The notes under the pieces: model-generated | The model's input: only the letters and a program-made list of their open reading frames with translations | Databases searched by the model: none | What the model was told of the DNA's origin: nothing | Shown: one piece after another, positions 34,529 to 43,596 of the stretch | Numbering within the stretch: position 1 is the first letter of the stretch | How the letters are laid out: each line of letters starts with the position of its first letter | Program-made: the position numbers and the translations under genes | Source: Macrostomum lignano | Lineage: Eukaryota | DNA length: 64,000 nucleotides | Assembly: GCA_002269645.1 (NCBI GenBank) | Contig: NIVC01002215.1 | Span: 55,808 to 119,807, forward strand | Direction of reading: 5' to 3'

Positions 34529-37500
34529 ATGCAAGGCCACCATCTCTCTGGGCAGGCCGGTGGCGGAGGCGGTCACAAGAAGAAGGAGATTTACAAGTAC
34601 GAGGCGCCCTGGCCGGTGTACAGCATGAACTGGTCCGTGCGGCCGGACAAAGGCTTTCGGCTGGCGCTCGGCTCCTTTGTTGAGGAGTACAATAACAAGT
34701 TGCAGGTGGGTCTCTGCTGGCTGCTGAGTTTGACTGAGTATGGGCGGAGTGTGTGTGAACCAGTGAGTGACTGGGACGGAGTGTGTGTGAACCAGTGAGT
34801 GACCGGGACGGAGTGTGAACCAGTGAGTGACCGGGACGGAGTGTGTGTGAACCAGTGAGTGACCGGGACGGAGTGTGTGTGAACCAGTGAGTGACCGGGA
34901 CGGAGTGTGTGTGAACCAGTGAGTGACTGGGACGGAGTGTGTGTGAACCAGTGAGTGACCGAGACGGAGTGTGTGTGAACCAGTGAGTGACTGGGACGGA
35001 GTGTGTGTGAACCAGTGAGTGACCGGGACGAAGTGTGTGTGAACCAGTGAGTGACCGGGACGGAGTGTGTGTGAACTAGTGAGTGACCGGGACGGAGTGT
35101 GTGTGAACCAGTGAGTGACCGGGGCGGAGTGTGTGTGAACCAGTGAGTGACCGGGACTGTGTGTGAACCAGTGAGTGACCGGGACGGAGTGTGTGTGAAC
35201 TAGTGGTTGACTGGGACTGTGTGTGAACCAGTGAGTGACTGGGACTGTGTGTGAACCAGTGAGTGACTGGGACTGTGTGTGAACCAGTGAGTGACTGGGA
35301 CTGTGTGTGAACCAGTGAGTGACCGGGACTGTGTGTGAACCAGTGAGTGACTGGGACTCTGTGTGAACCAGTGAGTGACTGGGACTGTGTGTGAACCAGT
35401 GAGTGACCGGGGCGGAGTGTGTGTGAACCAGTGAGTGACAGGGACGGAGTGTGTGTGAACCAGTGAGTGACCGGGACTGTGTGTGAACCAGTGAGTGACC
35501 GGGACTGTGTGTGAACCAGTGAGTGACCGGGACTGAGTGTGTGTGAACGAGTGAGTGACCGGGACGAAGTGTGTGTGAACCAGTGAGTGACCGGGACGAA
35601 GTGTGTGTGAACCAGTGAGTGACCGGGGCGGAGTGTGTGTGAACCAGTGAGTGACCGGGACGAAGTGTGAACCAGTGAGCGACCGGGACTGTGTGTGAAC
35701 CAGTGAGTGACCGGGACGGAGTGTGTGTGAACTAGTGGTTGACTGGGACAGTGTGTGAACCAGTGAGTGACTGGGACAGTGTGTGAACCAGTGAGTGACT
35801 GGGACTGTGTGTGAACCAGTGAGCGACCGGGACTGTGTGTGAACCAGTGAGTGACCGGGACGGAGTGTGTGTGAACTAGTGGTTGACTGGGACAGTGTGT
35901 GAACCAGTGAGTGACTGGGACAGTGTGTGAACCAGTGAGTGACTGGGACTGTGTGTGAACCAGTGAGTGACTGGGACTGTGTGTGAACCAGTGAGTGCCC
36001 GGGACTGTGTGAACCAGTGAGTGACTGGGACTGTGTGTGAACCAGTGAGTGACTGGGACTGTGTGTGAACCAGTGAGTGACCGGGACGGAGTGTGTGTGA
36101 ACCAGTGAGTGACTGGGACGGAGTGTGTGTGAACCAGTGAGTGACCGAGACGGAGTGTGTGTGAACCAGTGAGTGACCGAGACGGAGTGTGTGTGAACCA
36201 GTGAGTGACTGGGACTGTGTGTGAACCAGTGAGTGTCCGGGAATCGGTCAGAATGTGTGAATCAGTGAGTGTCCGAGAATCGGACAGAATGTGAATCAGT
36301 GAGTGTCCGGGAATCGGACAGAGTGTGTGAATCAGTGAGTGTCCGAGAATCGGACAGAATGTGTGAACCAGTGAGTGTCCGAGAATCGGACAGAATGTGA
36401 ATCAGTGAGTGTCCGAGAATCGGTCAGAATGTGAATCAGTGAGTGTCCGAGAATCGGACAGAATGTGAATCAATGAGTGTCCGGGAATCGGACAGAATGT
36501 GTGAATCAGTGAGTGTCCGAGAATCGGACAGAATGTGTGAACCAGTGAGTGTCCGGGAATCGGACAGACCTGGCACAGAAGCTGGCGAGAGCGTGTTCCA
36601 GAGTACAGTAAAGTATATTAAAGGGACATTAAAGAACATCAAAATCCCACACCCGCCGCAGATCGTCGCTTTGGACGACGAGCGTGGAGAGCTGACCTGC
36701 CGCAGCACCTTCGACCACCCGTACCCGACCACGCGCATTATGTGGATGCCCGACAGCAAGGGCTCCGCCGGCTCGGCCGACCTGCTGGCCACCAGCGGCG
36801 ACTACCTGCGGGTCTGGCGGGTCGTCTCCGACACCGAGACCAAGCTGGAGTGCCTGCTTAACAACAACAAGAACTCCGACTTCTGCGCTCCGCTCACCTC
36901 CTTCGATTGGAACGAAGTCGACCCGAACATACTCGGCACCTCCAGCATCGACACCACCTGCACCATCTGGGGACTCGAGGTGCGAGCCGACAACTGACTC
37001 AGTCTTGACAGTTCGGACTGACCCAGTCTTGACCCACTTGAACGATCAGCCTTGACCCACCAGACTGACCCAGCATTGACCCATCAGACTGACCCAGCAT
37101 TGACCCACCAGACTGACCCAGTATTGATTCACCAGACTGACCCAGCCTTGACTCATCGGAATGACCAGCCCTGACATACTTGAACGACCAGTCTGGACCC
37201 ACAATATTGACCCGGCATTGGCCCGCTTGAACGACCAGTCTGGACCCACAGGACTGACCCAGCCTTCACCCACCAGACTGACCCAGCATTGACCCACCAG
37301 ACTGACCAGCATTGACCCACCAGACTGACCCAGCCTTGACCCACCAGACTGACTAGCCTTGACCCACCAGACTGACCAGCCTTGACCCACCAGGCTGACC
37401 AGCATTGACCCACCAGACTGACTAGCCTTGACCCACCAAACTGACCAGCCTTGACCCACCAGACTGCCCAGCCTTGACCCACCAGACTGACCAGCCTTGA

Positions 37501-38955
37501 CCCACCAGACTGCCCAGCCTTGACCCACCAGACTGACCAGCCTTGACCCACCAGACTGACCAGCACTGACCCAACCTATCCAATTAACGATAGTTGCTCT
37601 TACAGACTGGCAATCCGCTCTCAAAGTTGACCCAAAGCTATTCTCCGTTATTCTGTGCGACGAGCCTCTGAACTCATGAACTCTGCCACATTCCGCGCCA
37701 ACAGACTGGCCAGGTGGTGGGGCGCGTGGTCAGCGGCCACGTGAAGACCCAGCTGATTGCGCACGACAAAGAAGTTTACGACATCGCCTTCAGCCGACAG
37801 GGCGGCGGTCGGGACATGTTCGCTAGCGTCGGCGCCGACGGCTCCGTGCGGATGTTCGACCTGCGCCACCTGGAGCACTCCACCATCATCTACGAGGACC
37901 CCGGCCACAGCCCGCTGCTGCGGCTCGCCTGGAACCGGCAGGACCCCAACTACCTGGCCACCTTCGCCATGGACGCCTCCGAGGTGATCGTCCTTGACAC
38001 CCGCGTGCCCTGCACCCCCGTGGCGCGCCTCACCAACCACAGAGCCTGCGTTAACGGGCTGGCCTGGGCGCCACACTCCGCCTGTCACATCTGCACTGCG
38101 GGTAAGGCTGCGAATTTTGGTGAACTGTGGTCTGTGAATGGGTGATTGGTGAACTTTTGTTCTGTGAATGGGTGATTGGTGAACTTTAGTTCTGTGAATG
38201 GGTCATTGATGAAATTTTGTTCTGTGAATGGGTGATCGGTGAACTGTGGTCTGTGAATGGGTGATTGGTGAACTTTTGTTCTGTGAATGGGTGATTGGTG
38301 AACTTTAGTTCTGTGAATGGGTCATTGATGAAATTTTGTTCTGTGAATGGGTGATCGGTGAACTGTGGTCTGTGAATGGGTGATTGGTGAACTTTTGTTC
38401 TGTGAATGGGTGATTGGTGAACTTTAGTTCTGTGAATGGGTCATTGATGAAATTTTGTTCTGTGAATGGGTGATCGGTGAACTGTGGTCTGTGAATGGGT
38501 GATTGGTGAACTTTTGTTCTGTGAATGGGTCATTGATGAAATTTTGTTCTGTGAATGGGTGATCGGTGAACTGTGGTCTGTGAATGGGTGATTGGTGAAA
38601 TTTTGTTCTGTGAATGGGTGATTGGTGAAATTTTGTTCTGTGAATGGGTGATTGATGAACTTTTTTTCTGTGAGTGGGTGATTGGTGAACTGTGGTCTGT
38701 GAATGGGTGATGGGTGGGATCGGACCCGAGTGTAATGATTCGATACCGATTAGAAATTCGCATGCTCTGCTTGGCTCCGCAGCGGACGACTTCCAGGCGC
38801 TGATCTGGGACCTGCAGCAAATGCCGCGGGCCGTGGAGGACCCGATCCTGGCCTACACCGCGGCCGGCGAGATCAACCAGATCCAGTGGAGCAGCGCCCA
38901 CAACGGCTGGATTGGCATCTGCTACGGCAACTGCCTGGAGATCCTGCGGGTCTGA
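34529..38955 (+). CDS. DCAF7: DDB1- and CUL4-associated factor 7 (WDR68/HAN11), 354 aa, 4 exons
   Basis: Exons 34529-34705, 36662-36979, 37705-38101 and 38783-38955 with consistent phases. Near-verbatim DCAF7 motifs [47 protein letters not shown] and [11 protein letters not shown]. Confidence 0.98.
34750..36568. repeat. ~28-32-bp minisatellite filling DCAF7 intron 1
   Basis: Unit GAACCAGTGAGTGACCGGGAC(GGAG)TGTGTGT, grading into a GTCCGAGAATCGGACAGAAT variant at the 3' end. Confidence 0.97.
37010..37575. repeat. ~22-bp minisatellite, DCAF7 intron 2
   Basis: Unit CCAGCCTTGACCCACCAGACTGA. Confidence 0.93.
38115..38710. repeat. ~29-30-bp minisatellite with higher-order period, DCAF7 intron 3
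   Basis: Unit TCTGTGAATGGGTGATTGGTGAACTTTTGT in a recurring order of variants. Confidence 0.95.
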
Positions 38956-38987
38956 GCTGCTGCTGTTGACTCTGTTGCTGCGTCCCC

Positions 38988-39545
38988 TTCACTCATCTGC
39001 GAGTCTGAGCACTCACTCATCTGTGAGTCTGAGCACTCCTCATCTGCGAGTCTGAGCACTCACTCATCTGTGAGTCTGAGCACTCCTCATCTGCGAGTCT
39101 GAGCACTCACTCATCTGTGAGTCTGCGCACTCACTCATCTGTGAGTCTGAGCACTCACTCATCTGTGAGTCTGAGCACTCACTCATCTGTGAGTCTGCGC
39201 ACTCACTCATCTGTGAGTCTGAGCACTCACTCATCTGTGAGTCTGAGCACTCACTCATCTGTGAATCTGAGCACTCACTCATCTGTGAGTCTGAGCACTC
39301 CTCATCTGCGAGTCTGAGCACTCACTCATCTGTGAGTCTGAGCACTCACTCATCTGTGAGTCTGAGCACTCCTCATCTGCGAGTCTGAGCACTCACTCAT
39401 CTGTGAGTCTGCGCACTCACTCATCTGTGAGTCTGAGCACTCACTCATCTGTGAGTCTGAGCACTCACTCATCTGTGAATCTGAGCACTCACTCATCTGT
39501 GAGTCTGAGCACTCACTCATCTGTGAATCTGAGCACTCACTCATA
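38988..39545. repeat. 24-bp minisatellite just after the DCAF7 stop (3' UTR region)
   Basis: Unit CACTCACTCATCTGTGAGTCTGAG. AATAAA follows at 39608. Confidence 0.95.
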
Positions 39546-40147
39546 TGTTTGCGTCATTTTGGCACTCCCTCAGCTGCGTCTGCGTGTGTAAAATTTCTGT
39601 ACATTTAAATAAATATTATGTTTAATACATTGTTTTCTATTTACTTTATGCGGTAGGGAAGTTCACAGTGGACCCCCTTATTTATGAGTTTGGTTGATGC
39701 TTTGTGGCAATCGTTTGTTTATTCACAGTTTTCCAGCTGTTCATATTCAATTTGTCTCTGGCTAGCTGGTTTTCAGCTCTTGCTCCCTCCCCTTCCCCTC
39801 TGCCTTCCCCTCTCCCTTCCCGTCTGCTTCTCCTCCCTCTCCCTTCTCCTCTTCGCTTAGCAGCAATGCAAATTCCGCTGGATCTCAGAGGGCTCCTCGC
39901 TTGCGAATAATTTCTTTTAATTTTTCGCAGAGTTTATTCGACGTATAAATGTTATGCACTACTGTCAGTACTGCTGCTGCTGCAGATTTCTTCGCTTTCC
40001 TTGCTGTGTTTTGGGCAGACGCCTGTTGTTAAACTGATGAAGATTCGTACACTTATTGAGATAAAGCTGTTTTTATTTAAATACACAACTCTGCTATTGC
40101 TCTTCTGTGGAGTCACCGTGACCTCCTGGTGCGTTAATTGAGTCCTT

Positions 40148-40300
40148 TCTGAATATCCCAACATCCCATTGTGGATGTCCCAACACCCCATTCTGAATGT
40201 CCCAACATCCCATTCTGAATGTCCCAACATCCCATTCTGAATGTCCCAACGTCCCATTCTGAATGTCCCAACATCCCATTCTGAATGTCCCAACATCCCA
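40148..40300. repeat. 22-bp minisatellite upstream of the RNF5-like gene
   Basis: Unit AATGTCCCAACATCCCATTCTG. Confidence 0.9.
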
Positions 40301-40354
40301 TCATCATGCTGAACCTGCCGCAGCTTGCAGCCCCCGGGCCCCGGATGCCCGAGG

Positions 40355-40881
40355 ATGGCTAAAGCAGCTCACGAAGGTCACGAGTTCGAATGCAACATCT
40401 GTCTGGAGCCGGTGACGGAGCCGGTGGTCAGCCTGTGCGGCCACCTGTTCTGCTGGCCCTGCGTGCACCGCTGGCTCACCGCCAGGCCGCAGGCGCCCAG
40501 CTGCCCGGTGTGCAAGGGCCCCATCAGCGAAGACGCGCTGGTCCCCGTGTATGGTCGTTCCGCCCGATCCGGCCCCGAGCTCGGGCCGCCCGTGCCGCCG
40601 AGGCCCAGCGGCCACCGGCTGAGAGAGCAGAGCGGCCAGCGGCACCTCCTGCTGGGCGGCCTGCGCATTTCCGTCGGAATCGACACGGCGTCGGACAACG
40701 GCGGCCTTGGACTGTCCCTGACAGGTGCGTGTGTGTGTCTGTCTGTGTGTTTTGTGTTTGTCTGTCTGTCTGTCTGTCTGCCTGTGTGTGTGTTTTGTGT
40801 GTCTGTCTGTCTGTCTGTCTGCCTGTCTGTGTGTTTTGTGTTTGTCTGTCTGTCTGCCTGCCTGTCTGTGTGTTTTGTGTT

Positions 40882-40928
<47 letters not shown>

Positions 40929-41045
40929 GTGTTTTGTGTTTGTCTGTCTGTCTATCTGTCTGTCTGTCTGTGTGTTTTGTGTTTGTCTGTCTGTCTGTCT
41001 GTCTGTGTGTTTTGTGTTTGTCTGTCTGTCTGTCTGTGTGTTTTG

Positions 41046-41076
<31 letters not shown>

Positions 41077-41084
41077 GTGTTTTG

Positions 41085-41115
<31 letters not shown>

Positions 41116-41125
41116 GTGTTTTGTG

Positions 41126-41172
<47 letters not shown>

Positions 41173-41182
41173 GTGTTTTGTG

Positions 41183-41221
<39 letters not shown>

Positions 41222-41231
41222 GTGTTTTGTG

Positions 41232-41262
<31 letters not shown>

Positions 41263-41272
41263 GTGTTTTGTG

Positions 41273-41323
<51 letters not shown>

Positions 41324-41334
41324 GTGTTTTGTGT

Positions 41335-41369
<35 letters not shown>

Positions 41370-41609
41370 TGTATGTCTGTCTGTCTGTTTTGTGTCTGTC
41401 TGTCTGTCTGTTTTGTGTCTGTCTGTCTGTCTGTCTTAGTGCCTGTACAATAAAACGCAGCCCTTCCCCCCGCTGATCCGCCAGACCTGGCGCTGGAGCT
41501 GCAGGAGTCCCTGGAGGAGCTGGAGGTGGCCCACCTGCTCGGGCCGCTGGCCAGCCGCCTCTTCCTGTGGATCGCCGCCGTATTCGGCCTGTGGCTGCTG
41601 ATTGTGTGA
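40355..41609 (+). CDS. RNF5: RNF5/RNF185-family membrane-anchored C3HC4 RING E3 ligase, ~164 aa, 2 exons
   Basis: Exons 40355-40724 and 41485-41609. [37 protein letters not shown]; C-terminal anchor [19 protein letters not shown] resembles the RNF185/RNF5 tail. RNF5 and RNF185 cannot be distinguished; start codon is the best guess. Confidence 0.85.
40725..41437. repeat. Compound (GTCT)n/(GT)n microsatellite filling the RNF5-like intron
   Basis: Starts at the splice donor. Source of the CVCLS/TDRQ ORFs. Confidence 0.97.
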
Positions 41610-42027
41610 CCGCCGCCGTGCCATGACAGGCTGTCCCTGCAGTGCCCTCTCCGCACCGCTGCATCTCCAAGCCATGACAGGCGGACAGCCAGCAGTCTTT
41701 TTCTGCACAAGTCCAGGTTGTCTAGCACAGATGAATATCGCTATTTTATTGCACGATGCAAGCATCACTGAGTTGCAAGGCTAATATTTATTTACTGAGA
41801 TATATTTGTACAGCCGCTATCTACTCTTGTACCTATTCAAGTACACACAGTACTTTTGAATGAACAATAAACGATGGGTTCAAGCAGTTTGTCAGCACCG
41901 AGGTGCAAATCAACTCTGAGATGGCAGTTTATTGTTTAATTTATTCGGGCGCTGGCATTGGCAAAGCTGATTTCACACAGTTACGGCTATGACGCAGAGT
42001 TTGAGCATCCGAGGACAAGCAGATCCT

Positions 42028-42225
42028 TCACTTGCTTCCGCAGCAGCCGTTCTGCTTGCAGCATTCTCCGCCTGGGTTGCAGTCGGCGCCGCACTTGCAG
42101 TCCTGGCACTGCGGGCTGCTGCACTTGCCTGCGGGTCAGGCAGGGTGGCAGCGGTTAAAGCCTGGAAGCGAGGCGATGCGACTTTATTGAAAGTGGCAGC
42201 ACCTGACAACGCACTCACCGTCCAT
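42028..42225 (-). CDS. Metallothionein-like peptide, 35 aa, 9 Cys, 2 exons (not in ORF track)
   Basis: Exon 1 42225-42219 (ATG GAC G), 90-nt intron GTGAGT...CCCGCAG, exon 2 42128-42028. Product MDGKCSSPQCQDCKCGADCNPGGECCKQNGCCGSK. Upstream CATAAATA at 42321-42314; downstream AATAAA at 41945-41940 and 41933-41928. Confidence 0.82.
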
Positions 42226-42313
42226 TCTGATTACGGGGCTGGCTCTGTAAGCTGGTGAATGCTTTGATGGATTCTGGGCAGAGGTTGGCGTGGCTCCGGC
42301 AGCGGGGCGGCCC

Positions 42314-42427
42314 TATTTATGCTGCTGTTTTTATCGCTGCCACCCCAAGTACTGGCCACGCCACCTCAGCCAGGTGAGTCGGTCATGTGACTGACCCTGA
42401 GCATGCTTGTTTATAAAGCAGAGATAA
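42314..42427 (-). promoter_or_regulatory. Candidate promoter of the metallothionein-like gene
   Basis: TATA-like CATAAATA (42314-42321), AP-1-like TGAGTC (42375-42380), M-box/CLEAR-like GTCATGTGAC (42382-42391) and GATA site AGATAA (42422-42427). Motif matches only. Confidence 0.4.
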
Positions 42428-43596
42428 AGCAGAGCAATTCGGGTGACAATTGTGTCTTCTCTCTGGTTTCCGCACCAGCCTGTTTTGGCTCGGGCTGAGC
42501 TGATTTGCAGTGGCGCATTTGATTTGCCAAGCCCCATTGATTTTTATTAAGCTGTAAAATTTTTGTCGCAATACTGTACGAGTTGGGACCAATCTTGAAG
42601 GACTCAAGTAACTTATGTAGTTCAAAGCTGGCATGAAACAGGCGCAGACTGGCAGACAGGCAGATATACAGCCAGAGCTGACAGAGAGACAGACAAGCAG
42701 ACAGACAGGTAGGCAGACAGATCCCACTATCCTCCCCCAATATCCGCCCACACCCACTAGACAGGCAGGCAGACAGGGCAGGCAGGCAGGCAGACAGACA
42801 CACAGAAAGGCCCGTATGACTGACGCCAAACTGAAGCAAAGACCTGCTAAACTCACAGGCATACGCAGAAGTCAATAAATAAGACCAATCAAGCAACTCC
42901 CTGCTTCTTTGCCAGCGCATTGGCTGAGCAGTCGGGTTCACTCAATAAATCAAACTTGGAGATTTGAGCGGCCAGGCCGCGCCAGGTAGCTGCACAATTC
43001 ATTTATTGCTCAGAGTCTGCAGTGCCAGGCAGTTAAACTCGCCGGGGGGGGGGGCTGTAGAGGGCAGGAGATCCACAGGTGGCGAGCAGCAGTACGGTGA
43101 AACAGTTAGTGATTAATAATTAACACATGCTGCAGTGAGCCTCACTGCTAGGAAAATAAATATTGAAAACACTGGAATTGCTTAGAATCAAAAATATGCT
43201 CATAAGGTATTGCTCAAGACTTGTAAATACTATATAATAAATAGCTTTAGGTATAAGCTGCTGATCAATGCTTAGAATATGCGTATGCGGCATGAAAATT
43301 CTTTATAAATCGGACAGCTACTATGAGTAATATTCGATTGACATTAAAATTAAGATTCAACAAAACAAAAGACAAACAGATGTGACAAGCGTGAGATAAT
43401 TTTTTGTCTGTGAATTCAGAGTGCATTGGTGCTTCAACAGCAGCCAGCGGGGTGATGCGAAAAACTTTGTTACGAGGGCTGTTAAACAATGAACAAGAAA
43501 GCCAAAAAAATTAGAAATTTACATTGCGAGATCTTCAGTTCTGAGGCAGATCGAAGGGCTTGCAGAACGTCAATTACATTGAGCTGTCGCTCTCCA

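Noticed and set aside
40378-41728. 350-430-aa CVCLS/TDRQ ORFs, including Cys-rich metallothionein-like readings
   Set aside because: Products of the (GTCT)n/(GT)n intron microsatellite. Unlike the 42028-42225 gene, the Cys pattern is purely periodic.
41973-42258. ORF-track proteins of 81 and 89 aa at this locus
   Set aside because: They are Ala-rich alternative frames. The spliced 35-aa Cys-rich frame has proper splice, TATA and poly(A) signals.
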